Of a DNA stretch of 64,000 nt, positions 30,585 through 40,653 are shown in pieces. Position numbers and translations under genes: made by a program. The DNA lies in contig JAUZRP010000012.1 of the NCBI GenBank assembly GCA_030950395.1, positions 1,048 to 65,047 of the forward strand, written 5' to 3'. Each line of letters opens with the position of its first letter. The stretch's first letter is position 1. The DNA is from Desulfonauticus sp. (GTDB taxonomy: Bacteria; Desulfobacterota; Desulfovibrionia; Desulfovibrionales; Desulfonatronovibrionaceae). The notes under the pieces are model-generated. The model saw only the letters and a program-made list of their open reading frames with translations. It ran no database searches and was not told where the DNA came from.

Positions 30585-31079
30585 TTATTTTTTGTACTTA
30601 GGATCAACCCAAGTTTCTTCGAGATCAGCATTAGCAACTTCGTATTTTTTATTCAAAACCTCTATAGGTTTTTTCAACTCAGTCTCTGTAAACAACAATT
30701 CGTTATCCAAATCTCCTGGTTCTGGTTTACCTTCATAAGGTTTAATAGAACCTTCATCAGTGGTTCTGATGGGGAATTTAAAACGTTTGATGTTGCCATT
30801 TCTAAATTGAATGGTCCACATAATATCAGAAGCACTACGCATAGGGATACTTGTCCCACCCATTGGGGCAAAGTCAGCATAAGGACGGGCTTCAATAGCT
30901 CCCTGAGGACAGATCTTTACACAAGAATAACATTCCCAACATGCATCAGGTTCTTGGTTGTAAGCTTTCATTTCCTCAGGATCTAAAATCATTAGATCGT
31001 TAGGGCAGATATACATACAAGCTGTCTTTTCTCCACCCTTACAGCCGTCACATTTGGCTGGATTAACAAAGGTTGGCAT
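30585..31079 (-). CDS. aprB: adenylylsulfate reductase beta subunit
   Basis: MPTFVNPAKCDGCKG...CMYICPNDLM...CWECYSCVKICPQGAI and the AprB tail. Confidence 0.95.
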   Translation of the reverse strand: MPTFVNPAKCDGCKGGEKTACMYICPNDLMILDPEEMKAYNQEPDACWECYSCVKICPQGAIEARPYADFAPMGGTSIPMRSASDIMWTIQFRNGNIKRFKFPIRTTDEGSIKPYEGKPEPGDLDNELLFTETELKKPIEVLNKKYEVANADLEETWVDPKYKK

Positions 31080-31233
31080 AATTCATCCTCCTCTCAAAAT
31101 ATAGTTTCATTTCATTAATACCCCTAGCCACATTGAGAGATGCACTCTCAAATTCCAAAAATTATTAACAATGCTGTACCATTTTTGTCAAGGAGAAAGT
31201 GAAATTTCTCCCAAAGTCTCTCCAATATTAAAA

Positions 31234-31263
31234 AGGGAAGGACTAAAAAACTAGCCCTTCCCT
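31234..31263 (-). terminator. hairpin after sat
   Basis: AGGGAAGG...CCTTCCCT stem. On the minus strand it is followed by TTTTTAAT. Confidence 0.45.
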
Positions 31264-31274
31264 ATCATAAACAT

Positions 31275-32564
31275 CTATTTCATAGCATCGCCACTAGCAG
31301 CTTTCTGCATTTTGATTTCTACTTTCTCGGTAAGATTTTCATAATATTCACGTAAAATAGCCAAAACTTCTTCTCTTCCAAAATGATCTGGAATAGGTTG
31401 ACCTTCAGAAAGAGCTTTACGCAACTTCGTACCACTCAAGATAACTCTATCTTCCTTCTCGTGAGGACAGGTTCTCAAAGAAGCCATGCCGTCACATTTG
31501 TAACAATAAAAAGTCCAGTCAATCTTTAATGGAGTACACAATAAAGCCTTGCCTGGCTCTTCTGGTTTAGGAATGCGATCAAAAATCTCTTGCGCTTCAA
31601 ACAAACCATAAAAATCCCCTACTCCAGCGTGGTCACGTCCAATAATCATACGGGAAATACCATAGTTTTGACGGAAGGTAGCATGCAATAGAGCTTCTCT
31701 AGGACCAGCATAACGCATATCTAAAGGATAACCAGCCTGAATTACGTTTTCTTTTACAAAATAATGCTCAATTAAGGTATTAATACATTTAATTCTAACT
31801 TCAGCAGGAATATCGCCTGGTTTTAACTTACCAATCAAAGAATGAATAACCACACCATCACAAACCTCTATGGCAATTTTAGCTAAATACTCGTGAGATC
31901 TGTGCATGGGATTTCTAAGCTGTAAAGCAGCAACCTCTTTCCAACCTCTCTTTTCCAACTCAGCCCTCATCTCAGCAGGACGCATGTAAACACCTTTGAA
32001 CTTGGTAGGAAATTCACCTTCGCTTAAAACATTTACAGGACCAGCAAGACATACGTCCTTTTCAGCCATAACCATTTTTACACCAGGATGATCTTCTAAA
32101 GCTACTTTCCAAAACCTATCGTCAGCACTATCTTCCCCGTGTCCTTTATAAACTTTTTCACACTCCCATTTTTTGTCTGCCTCTGTTTTTTCCCACTTTT
32201 CTGTAACTTTCAAGGTAGCTACAATTTCATTGTTATTCTCAGGATCAACCAAAGCAATCTCATCGCCTTCTTTAATCTCAGCAGCATCTTCTTTGGTTAC
32301 AGAAAACGTTACAGGGACAGGCCAAAAAGTACCATCAGCTAACAAAAAGTTTTCACACACGCCTTTCCAATCGGCCCTGGTCATAAAACCATCCAGAGGA
32401 CTAAAACCACCTGTGCCAATCATAATAAGATCGCCTCTCTCCCGGCTACTCACAGGAACCTTTTTTAAAGATTCAGCTTTCTTAAGCTCCTCTGCCCGCG
32501 CATCTCCTTCCAACAAACGAATAATAAGCCCCTTACCTCCATGAGGGGGAACAAGATTAGACAT
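31275..32564 (-). CDS. sat: sulfate adenylyltransferase (ATP sulfurylase)
   Basis: [13 protein letters not shown] and GRDHAGVG motifs. Located in the sat-aprBA-qmoABC gene order. Confidence 0.95.
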   Translation of the reverse strand: MSNLVPPHGGKGLIIRLLEGDARAEELKKAESLKKVPVSSRERGDLIMIGTGGFSPLDGFMTRADWKGVCENFLLADGTFWPVPVTFSVTKEDAAEIKEGDEIALVDPENNNEIVATLKVTEKWEKTEADKKWECEKVYKGHGEDSADDRFWKVALEDHPGVKMVMAEKDVCLAGPVNVLSEGEFPTKFKGVYMRPAEMRAELEKRGWKEVAALQLRNPMHRSHEYLAKIAIEVCDGVVIHSLIGKLKPGDIPAEVRIKCINTLIEHYFVKENVIQAGYPLDMRYAGPREALLHATFRQNYGISRMIIGRDHAGVGDFYGLFEAQEIFDRIPKPEEPGKALLCTPLKIDWTFYCYKCDGMASLRTCPHEKEDRVILSGTKLRKALSEGQPIPDHFGREEVLAILREYYENLTEKVEIKMQKAASGDAMK

Positions 32565-32664
32565 ACCCTACCTCCTTAAAATAATTTTTCACCTCAAAAA
32601 TATTAGCTTGTGAATTTATGAACGCAACCATATACTCTTAAATTATAACTTGCAAGTCCTTTTT

Positions 32665-34563
32665 TTACAATTTTTCTTCTTTCCTATAAATTATATACCC
32701 AGAACCTTTCTGCTCTTTGGCTCTATACATAGCCTCATCACTGGCCTTTAGCAAATCGTTCAACACAACACCATGCTCAGGATAAACACTAATACCTATA
32801 CTAATGTGAATAATTATCTCTTCTCCCTGAATATAAAAAGGAGAAGCAAAAACTTCTATAACTTTTTGAACGACTTTAGATAACAACTTCAAATCTTTAA
32901 AATTTTCAATTATAAACACAAATTCATCTCCTCCTAAACGAGCAACAAAATCTCCATCTCTTAAAGCCTGTTTTATCCTCCTTGACACTTCAATTAATAA
33001 CCTGTCTCCAGCATCATGCCCATACAAATCATTCACAATTTTAAAATCATTCACATCAACATAACACAAAGCAAACTTTTTATTCATTTCTTTACATCTA
33101 TTTAGCACCTCATTGGCAACTTTAAAGAAATAAAGTCTATTTGGAAGACCTGTTAAAGCATCATGATAAGCTAAATACTGTATTTTCTTTTGTCTAACCT
33201 TTTTTTCTGTAATATCTCTAGCAAGAATACTTGCAATTTTTTGGTCTTTAAACTCAATCAAAAAAATACTTAATTCAATATAAAAAAATTTACCTTCTTT
33301 GTCGATACAAGAAACTTCTCGTATCAACTTACGTTTATCTATTAATTCTTCAAACAAATTTTTCAAATTTTCCCTTGATTCGTTAAATAAATCATAAATA
33401 GATAAAGTCTTAATTTCATCATCATGATAACCAAAATATTTTTTAAAACTATAATTATATTTCACAATACTATCAGTGTTAAAATCATACAGAAATATAA
33501 TATCAGGACTTTGTTCTAAAACAACAGAATAAAGAGAAAATTTATCAAATAGTTTATCATAATTTATAATAATCTTATTTAAAACATAGTAAAATTTATC
33601 TAATACTATTTGAAATTCTGTTTCTAACTTAGTTTTTACTAATTTAAAATCTTCATCATTTCTAATTTTTTCCAATATAACTAATGTATTATTAATAGAA
33701 TTTAAAATAATTTTTCTCAAAAGTATTATTATCATAAAAATAAAAATCATCAATAAGATTGAAACTAATAAAAAATATTTATTGGCATAATGTTTTATAA
33801 GTTTATAAATACTTTTATTTTGTTTAATAGACAATAAAATACTTTTATTTCCAAAAATATCTTTTCTCTTCCAAAAAATTAAACCATTTTTTAAGTCCAT
33901 ATCAACATCGAACGAATTAGAACCTGTCAAAAATCTATTGTTGTTAAGAGAATTACCTTCTACTATAGGTTGTATATTAAAAGTAATATCTTTACAGTTG
34001 ATAATATTATTTAATCTTGCTTTATTAAGAAAAATAACATCTAAAAACATATAATCTTTCTTATTAAATTTAAATTTTAAAATGGACACAATACTTATAT
34101 TCTTAGAATTTATAGGTAAAAATCCTGTAACGTTATTTTTGTTATCTAAGAAAAGTGTATTTATAATATTCGGTTTTAATTTATTTAACAACATTTTCAT
34201 ATTATTATTTTTTTTATCAAAAAACGACATAAATAATATATTTCCCTTACCATCAAAAATAACTAAGCCATCAAAATTAAGCTTCTTTAATATTTTCTCA
34301 GCTAAAAGTTTTCTTTGTTTAGTATTAGAGTTTATAAAATAATGAAGAACATCTGTATTGATCAACATATAATTAAAAATTTCTATATTCTTTAAATAAC
34401 CATCAACAAGCGTATTAACTCTCTTGTATTGATTTTTTAATTTGTTTTCTTCTATCTTTAGAGAAGACTTGAAAAGAATAAAATGTAATATAAAATAGTT
34501 TATTATAAGAAATACAACAAAAATTATTAGATATATTACGATTATCTTCCGTATGATAGACAT
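32665..34563 (-). CDS. membrane sensor diguanylate cyclase (2 TM + extracytoplasmic domain + PAS + GGDEF)
   Basis: TM1 IVIYLIIFVVFLIINYFILHFILF and TM2 FLLVSILLMIFIFMIIILL. PAS-like VVLEQSPDIIFLYD. Active site RLGGDEFVFII, with an RxxD I-site (RDGD) five residues upstream. Confidence 0.85.
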   Translation of the reverse strand: MSIIRKIIVIYLIIFVVFLIINYFILHFILFKSSLKIEENKLKNQYKRVNTLVDGYLKNIEIFNYMLINTDVLHYFINSNTKQRKLLAEKILKKLNFDGLVIFDGKGNILFMSFFDKKNNNMKMLLNKLKPNIINTLFLDNKNNVTGFLPINSKNISIVSILKFKFNKKDYMFLDVIFLNKARLNNIINCKDITFNIQPIVEGNSLNNNRFLTGSNSFDVDMDLKNGLIFWKRKDIFGNKSILLSIKQNKSIYKLIKHYANKYFLLVSILLMIFIFMIIILLRKIILNSINNTLVILEKIRNDEDFKLVKTKLETEFQIVLDKFYYVLNKIIINYDKLFDKFSLYSVVLEQSPDIIFLYDFNTDSIVKYNYSFKKYFGYHDDEIKTLSIYDLFNESRENLKNLFEELIDKRKLIREVSCIDKEGKFFYIELSIFLIEFKDQKIASILARDITEKKVRQKKIQYLAYHDALTGLPNRLYFFKVANEVLNRCKEMNKKFALCYVDVNDFKIVNDLYGHDAGDRLLIEVSRRIKQALRDGDFVARLGGDEFVFIIENFKDLKLLSKVVQKVIEVFASPFYIQGEEIIIHISIGISVYPEHGVVLNDLLKASDEAMYRAKEQKGSGYIIYRKEEKL

Positions 34564-34973
34564 ATAACTTTACCTAAAAATATTTAAAATATTTATAAAA
34601 ATTTAACTACAAAAATTAGTTTAAGAAAAATTAGTTTAAGTATTTATACATAAATTTAATAAAAGAAATTTTTTAATAATTTAAGTTAGTTAAAATTTGA
34701 AAATTTACTCAAAAACGCCAATTTTGAGGTTTTGCAGTCACGTCTTAAAAATTTTTATCCCAAAAGCAAATTTTTGTTCTTTACAAACAATGCTTCTTAA
34801 CTTATTAAATTTATTATATTTATTTAATCTACAAACAACTAACCCAAAATTAATTTATATAACCTGTTTATTTTTAAAAGTAAATAAAAAAAATAATGTA
34901 AAATTTAATTAGCCCAATACTTAACCCAACCTAATTTATTTATTGCTAAAAATCTAAATAAAAGGAGTCAAGA

Positions 34974-35750
34974 ATGTTAAATTGTCAACAAATTCAAAAA
35001 ATTAAGGAATTTATACTCCAAGCAGGAGAAATCATCCAATCCAAATGGTCTGTCCCCAGAAATATTAATTACAAAGGAAGTATCGATCTTGTCACAGATA
35101 CAGATTTAGTTGTAGAAAAATTTCTATTAAATAAAATTAAAGAAATATGTCCAGACGTCAACTTCATAGCAGAGGAAACTCAACACAATTTATTAACAGA
35201 AAAACCAACTTTTATTGTCGATCCTTTAGATGGTACGACCAATTTTACACATCAATTTCCTTTTGTTGCTATTTCCCTAGCTTATGTAGAAAACAAAACT
35301 GTAAAAATTGGTTGGACCCATATTCCAATCTTAAATGAACTATTTTTTGCTCAAAGAGGCAAAGGAGCTTACTTAAATGATAAGCCTATTGAAGTATCAA
35401 AAATCTCCTCTCTCCAACAAAGCCTAATTGGCACAGGCTTTCCTTATAATATTTCTGAAGAAATAGATTATATTTTGCCTCTTCTAAAAAAGGTCTTGCT
35501 GAGCTCTCAAGGCGTACGCCGAGCTGGAGCAGCAGCTATAGATCTGGCTTATACTGCCTGTGGTCGATTAGACGGATTTTACGAAATAGGGCTAAAGCCC
35601 TGGGATACTGCAGCAGGATGGCTTTTGATAGAAGAAGCTGGAGGAAAAGTTAGCACATTTAATGGCTCTACTTACCAATTGGGGCAACGAGAAATACTAG
35701 CTAGCAACGGATATATCCATCAAGACCTTGTAAAGATCCTAAGCACATAA
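34974..35750 (+). CDS. suhB: inositol monophosphatase family protein (SuhB-like)
   Basis: FIVDPLDGTTNF and KPWDTAAG motifs. Confidence 0.85.
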   Translation: MLNCQQIQKIKEFILQAGEIIQSKWSVPRNINYKGSIDLVTDTDLVVEKFLLNKIKEICPDVNFIAEETQHNLLTEKPTFIVDPLDGTTNFTHQFPFVAISLAYVENKTVKIGWTHIPILNELFFAQRGKGAYLNDKPIEVSKISSLQQSLIGTGFPYNISEEIDYILPLLKKVLLSSQGVRRAGAAAIDLAYTACGRLDGFYEIGLKPWDTAAGWLLIEEAGGKVSTFNGSTYQLGQREILASNGYIHQDLVKILST

Positions 35751-35939
35751 TACACATTTAGGCCTAAATTTTAAGCACCAGCTTAAAAAAATTTGCCATT
35801 CAAATTGAAGTAGTTAAGCCTATAACTTTTCTGAGACCATAGCCCTACTAACCTTACTATTAAAATAACTTTCTTGCTTTAATTTTTATTTTTTTATTGA
35901 CAACAATTCAAATTAAGAATACATATATCTTCCTTACGT

Positions 35940-36016
35940 CGGGAAGTGGCGCAGCCTGGTAGCGCACCTGCCTTGGGAGCAGGGGGTCGCTGGTTCAAAT
36001 CCAGTCTTCCCGACCA
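35940..36016 (+). tRNA. tRNA-Pro (anticodon UGG), CCA encoded
   Basis: Cloverleaf folded by hand: acceptor CGGGAAG/CTTCCCG, D arm GCGC/GCGC, anticodon stem CCTGC/GCAGG with loop CTTGGGA, T arm GCTGG-TTCAAAT-CCAGT, then A-CCA. Confidence 0.9.
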
Positions 36017-36063
36017 TTTTTTTATCTTTTCCTCTACTCAATTCTGAAAACTATCCTTTGGGG

Positions 36064-36534
36064 TTAAAAATCAATAAACTGCACTTGAGGTTCTGAGGAA
36101 GATAAATCCAAAAGAGCTAGAGAACTTTGACACGTCCCAGGGTTTAAAAAATACACGTCTCCAATTTTCAAAAAGGTCTTTTTATGGGTATGCCCAAAAC
36201 AAATTATATCCACCTGTTCAAAAGCTAAATGCAATTGCTCTGGCTGAAGGTGTAAATTTTTATAGCCAAAACCATGAATAATTCCCAATCTCCACTTACC
36301 TATCTCAAACTCTATCCTTAACGGCAAATCAAGACTAAAAAAATCACAATTTCCCTTTACCCCGACAAAATGTTTGTGATTACTTAAAAAATAAACAATT
36401 TCTTCTCCCACATAATCCCCACAATGAATCAAAATATCCGTATCTACCAAGTATTTCTGATAAAGATGAGCAAAATTAGAAGATACAGAGTGTAAATGTG
36501 TATCAGAAATAACACCTATTTTCATAGCTTTCAC
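36064..36534 (-). CDS. YfcE/MJ0936-family metallophosphoesterase
   Basis: IGVISDTHL, HCGD, GNCD and GHTH motifs in canonical order. Confidence 0.8.
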   Translation of the reverse strand: MKAMKIGVISDTHLHSVSSNFAHLYQKYLVDTDILIHCGDYVGEEIVYFLSNHKHFVGVKGNCDFFSLDLPLRIEFEIGKWRLGIIHGFGYKNLHLQPEQLHLAFEQVDIICFGHTHKKTFLKIGDVYFLNPGTCQSSLALLDLSSSEPQVQFIDF

Positions 36535-36694
36535 CTACTAACAATAATATTTAAAGAGTTACCAACAAAAAATTACTAATTACAAACCATAACGGGCAAA
36601 CACACCAATCTGCCCCTCCTAATAATCCATTCACTGATCACAGTTCACTAGTCACCCACTACCTATATCCCCATTTTCCACATCTAAAAACCTT

Positions 36695-36739
36695 TACAAC
36701 CTCTAGAACATCTACAACCTCTAGAACCTCTAGAACATC
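36695..36739. repeat. imperfect tandem repeat with three copies of CCTCTAGAA
   Basis: TACAACCTCTAGAACATC / TACAACCTCTAGAA / CCTCTAGAACATC, in the pyrC-yfcE intergenic gap. Confidence 0.6.
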
Positions 36740-36802
36740 CAAAACCTTCACCATCACCTACAGCCCATAAATCACAAATTGCCAACAACCAATTTCTGAT
36801 TA

Positions 36803-38071
36803 CTACCTACAACTATATACCAATTCACCTTGCAAAAAGTGGTACATTACTTTTCCTTCCAACGTAGTGCCAATCCAAGGATTGTTTTTACCTTTGGACA
36901 ACATAGTCTTTTTTGTAACTTTCCACGGATAATCTGGATCCACTAAAATAAAATTAGCATTATCTCCTGGAGCTAATTCACTAAAGGCTAAATTAAAAAT
37001 TTGAGCTGGCCTCTTACCCCATAAGCAAACTAAATCGCTCCAAGTAAAATCTTTGGTCAATAATTTTAGACTCAAACTAAGGGCTGTATCCAGTCCAGAA
37101 ATGCCATTAGGTGCTTCTCCAAAGGGCACATTTTTTTCAAATTCTGCATGGGGGGCGTGATCTGTAACCAAAATATCAATTATACCTTCTCTTAAAGCCT
37201 GAAACAAAGCCAAAGTATCGTCTTTGGTGCGCAAGGGAGGATTAACTTTTGCCAAAGTATTATAATGGGCACATTCATCTTGAGTAAGCCACAGGTAATG
37301 CGGACAGGTCTCCGCAGTTATTTGAATACCTTTTTTTTTGGCAAAATAAATAAGCTCTACAGACTCCCTGCAACTTATGTGAGCTAGATGAATGGGAATA
37401 TCCAGATATCCTGCCAATAAGATATCTCTTGCTACCTGTAAACTTTCGGCAACAGAGGGGATACCTTTTAATCCCAAAAAAGAAGATAATTTGCCTTCAT
37501 TAACTAAACCATCTTTGGCCAAAAAAGGATCCTCACAATGATCTATTACCACCTTACCCAAATCACTAGCATATTCCACACATCTACGAAACAACTCCGT
37601 ATCCAGTACAGGCAAGCCATCATTAGAAAAGGCCACGCATCCCGCCTGGGCTAATTCGCCAAGAGCGGCCATTTCCTGGCCAGCAAGATCTTTAGTAAGC
37701 GCTCCTATAGGAGCAAGAACAGGACCTAAAGGATAATAAGTTTTTGCCTTTTCCAACATATATTCACAGACGCTGGCCTGATCGTTTACAGGCTTTGTAT
37801 TGGCCATGGCCATTACCAGACCAAAACCACCTCCCACAGCTGCTAACAGGCCAGAACAAATGTCTTCCTTGTATTCAAAACCAGGATCTCTTAAATGCAC
37901 GTGAGCGTCAATCAAACTGGGTAAAAGCACCAAACCACTAGCATCAATTTCTTTTTTACAATTCACTCTGGGCAAAGAAAACGTCAGATCTACCACTGTA
38001 CCTTGATTTACTAATAAAAAGGCTTTTTTGTCCTTCCAAATTACGTTTTTTACCAATAAATCTACATCCAT
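36803..38071 (-). CDS. pyrC: dihydroorotase
   Basis: DAHVHLRDPG, the later HLAHIS and TDHAPH motifs, and adjacency to pyrB. Confidence 0.9.
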   Translation of the reverse strand: MDVDLLVKNVIWKDKKAFLLVNQGTVVDLTFSLPRVNCKKEIDASGLVLLPSLIDAHVHLRDPGFEYKEDICSGLLAAVGGGFGLVMAMANTKPVNDQASVCEYMLEKAKTYYPLGPVLAPIGALTKDLAGQEMAALGELAQAGCVAFSNDGLPVLDTELFRRCVEYASDLGKVVIDHCEDPFLAKDGLVNEGKLSSFLGLKGIPSVAESLQVARDILLAGYLDIPIHLAHISCRESVELIYFAKKKGIQITAETCPHYLWLTQDECAHYNTLAKVNPPLRTKDDTLALFQALREGIIDILVTDHAPHAEFEKNVPFGEAPNGISGLDTALSLSLKLLTKDFTWSDLVCLWGKRPAQIFNLAFSELAPGDNANFILVDPDYPWKVTKKTMLSKGKNNPWIGTTLEGKVMYHFLQGELVYSCR

Positions 38072-38082
38072 TGGCCTGCTCC

Positions 38083-39006
38083 TTAATTAGTTCCTAAAAT
38101 AAAAAGATATAAGATAGCCATACGCACTGCCACACCTGCTTGTACCTGATCCAACACCAGGCTATCCTTACAATCTGCAATAGAAGAGTCTATTTCTATG
38201 CCTCTATTCATAGGGCCAGGATGCATTATTTTTACGTTTTTTTGAGCTAAATTAAGATGTTCAAAGGTAACACAATATCTTTGACTATATTCTCTCAAAT
38301 CAGGTAAAAGTCCCTTTTCCTGCCTTTCTAGTTGTAAACGCAAGCAGATTATGGCATCCACTCCCACACAGGCTTGTTTTAGATCGTGAAAGACCTCCAC
38401 GGGCCAAGCAGATATATCAAAAGGGAGTAAAGTACGGGGAGCGCACAAACGCACTTTTGCCCCAAGGATAGAAAACAATTTTATGTCAGAACGAGCCACT
38501 CTACTATGGGCAATATCGCCAACAATCAAAATCTTTTTTTGTTCTAGAGTCTGCCACAAAGAATATAAAACAAAACCATCTAACAAAGCCTGAGTAGGAT
38601 GAGCATGCCAACCATCTCCTGCATTAATAACAGAGCAATCTATTTGAGAAGACACAAATTGAGCTGCTCCACTCTGCCAATGTCTGATCACAATACAATC
38701 AGGCCGCATGGCTTCTAAGGTAAGCACCGTATCCTTAAGACTTTCTCCTTTGGTTAAACTACTACTAGTTTTGGCCAAAGAAAAGGTATCAGCTGACAAC
38801 CTCTTGCCTGCAATGTCAAAAGAAGTTTTGGTGCGGGTAGAAGGCTCTGCAAAAAAAAGAATTATGCTTTTTCCTTTTAAGGTAGGTACTTTTTTGACTG
38901 GTCTTTGATTTATTTCTTGAAAATTTTTAGCCAATCCAAAAATATGGATAATTTCTTCTTTACTTAGTTGGTCAACATCCAGTAAATGTTTGTGTCTCCA
39001 TTGCAT
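38083..39006 (-). CDS. pyrB: aspartate carbamoyltransferase catalytic subunit
   Basis: [23 protein letters not shown] and HPGPMNRG motifs. Confidence 0.9.
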   Translation of the reverse strand: MQWRHKHLLDVDQLSKEEIIHIFGLAKNFQEINQRPVKKVPTLKGKSIILFFAEPSTRTKTSFDIAGKRLSADTFSLAKTSSSLTKGESLKDTVLTLEAMRPDCIVIRHWQSGAAQFVSSQIDCSVINAGDGWHAHPTQALLDGFVLYSLWQTLEQKKILIVGDIAHSRVARSDIKLFSILGAKVRLCAPRTLLPFDISAWPVEVFHDLKQACVGVDAIICLRLQLERQEKGLLPDLREYSQRYCVTFEHLNLAQKNVKIMHPGPMNRGIEIDSSIADCKDSLVLDQVQAGVAVRMAILYLFILGTN

Positions 39007-39112
39007 AATTAAAAATTCTCCTTAAAGTTGTAACTCTCTTTTTTACAATGTTAACAGGTTGCACAAACAGATTTTTTACTTACAGACGCCAAAATTAGTT
39101 TTATTGGTCAAA

Positions 39113-40402
39113 ATGAAAACACTTAATCAAAACTTAAAAATTTACGTAGTCAGCCTGGGATGTCCCAAAAATCTGGTAGATACAGAAGAGCTCCTTGCCT
39201 CCCTTGGAGGGAAGTATAAATTAACTAATTCTTTAACTCAAGCAAATATAATTATTTTAAACACCTGTGCTTTTATTCAACCTGCTGTAGAAGAATCTTT
39301 AGAGCATATTTTAAATATTTCAGATAAGTTAAAGACTTTTCCTCAAAAACCTCTATTTATCGTAACTGGTTGTCTGGTAAATAGATATGGCAGCTTGAGC
39401 CAGGAATTTCCAGAGGTAGATATCTGGCTTCCTATTCAGGAACAAAAAAACTTGCCCAAAATACTTCAAAACTATCTTTGCGTTGGAGCAAAAAAATCGC
39501 CCTCAATTTTGACCACTTCTTTTGCTTATCTAAAAATTAGCGAAGGTTGTAACAACAAATGTTCCTTTTGCACTATTCCTTTTATTCGAGGCAAACTTTG
39601 CTCCCTACCCATTTCTGAAGTGGTAGCCAAAGCTAAGCATATTTTAAATCAAGGCAAAAAAGAACTTATACTCGTAGCTCAGGATCTAACGGCTTATGGA
39701 CGGGACCTTGGCTATAAATTTGGTCTATTGCACTTATTGGAGCAGTTAGCCCAATTAGATTTTACCTGGATAAGGCTTCTTTATCTGTATCCAGCCAACA
39801 TAAATAAAGAGCTTTTAAACTTCATAGTTCAAACAAAAAACATTTTGCCTTATTTTGACTTACCCTTACAACATTCCCATCCAGACATTTTACAATCTAT
39901 GGGCAGACCATTTAAAATCAATCCCCAACAAATCTTAGATTTAATTCGCTGTCATATAACAAACCCAGTAATTCGCTCTACGTTTATAGTAGGTTATCCA
40001 GGAGAAACTTTAGAACACTTCCAACATTTAAAAAGATTTATAATAAACAACAAGTTGCAATACGTTGGATTATTCACTTATTACAAAGAAAACGGCACAC
40101 TTGCAGCCCAATTGCCCAACCACGTTGCTGACCCTGAAAAGCAAAGCAGATACAACGAATTAATGGAAATACAACAGAAAATAACTCATAATTGGCTCCA
40201 AAAATGGGAAGGCCAAACTTTAGACATTATAATTGATAGTCCGCACCCTGAATGGCCTACCTTGTATGAAGGCAGAGCCTGGTTCCAAGCTCCAGATATA
40301 GACGGACTTACTTATGTAAGTGGCTCCAATCTCCAGATAGGTCAAATCGTGCCTGCCTCCATAGAAGAGGCCAAAACTTATGACCTAGTAGCCTTGGTCT
40401 AA
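39113..40402 (+). CDS. rimO: ribosomal protein S12 methylthiotransferase RimO
   Basis: MTTase N-domain (IYVVSLGCPKNLVDTE), radical-SAM ISEGCNNKCSFCTIP and a C-terminal TRAM domain. The family N-terminus fits the ATG at 39113 better than the track start at 39059. Confidence 0.85.
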   Translation: MKTLNQNLKIYVVSLGCPKNLVDTEELLASLGGKYKLTNSLTQANIIILNTCAFIQPAVEESLEHILNISDKLKTFPQKPLFIVTGCLVNRYGSLSQEFPEVDIWLPIQEQKNLPKILQNYLCVGAKKSPSILTTSFAYLKISEGCNNKCSFCTIPFIRGKLCSLPISEVVAKAKHILNQGKKELILVAQDLTAYGRDLGYKFGLLHLLEQLAQLDFTWIRLLYLYPANINKELLNFIVQTKNILPYFDLPLQHSHPDILQSMGRPFKINPQQILDLIRCHITNPVIRSTFIVGYPGETLEHFQHLKRFIINNKLQYVGLFTYYKENGTLAAQLPNHVADPEKQSRYNELMEIQQKITHNWLQKWEGQTLDIIIDSPHPEWPTLYEGRAWFQAPDIDGLTYVSGSNLQIGQIVPASIEEAKTYDLVALV

Positions 40403-40600
40403 TCAAAGACGAAAAACAAACCTGCTCCATATATCAGGACATTTTATAGCCCAGAGTCTATCACTAACCAAGCCCTAAAAATAAACTTCCGTTGACATTA
40501 ATCTTCACGTTTTCAACTGTAGTTTATATATCAAAAAAACTTATTTCCTGAATTTTATTCTAACATATTGATTTATAAAAATTTTTTTAACAAAAAATTT

Positions 40601-40616
40601 TGGCACACTCCTTGTT
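40601..40616 (+). promoter_or_regulatory. sigma54-type -24/-12 promoter candidate
   Basis: TGGCAC-ACTCC-TTGT compared with the consensus TGGCAC-N5-TTGC: correct spacing, with one mismatch in the -12 element. It lies 38 nt upstream of GTG 40654 (RBS AGGAG at 40641-40645). The operon it heads encodes a sigma54 activator. Confidence 0.55.
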
Positions 40617-40653
40617 ATAAAAAAGGTAACTTTTACAACAAGGAGAAGTAAAA

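Noticed and set aside
35940-36016. tRNA-Pro as the integration site of the CRISPR island or another mobile element.
   Set aside because: There is no integrase, transposase or duplicated tRNA 3' end nearby. The island starts 4.4 kb away, behind the housekeeping genes yfcE, pyrC, pyrB and rimO.
40403-40600. Upstream activator sequence (inverted repeats) for the sigma54 activator.
   Set aside because: Only short and weak symmetry was found (GTTGA-N19-TCAAC; GAAT-ttt-ATTC), nothing above AT-rich background. Left open for footprinting.
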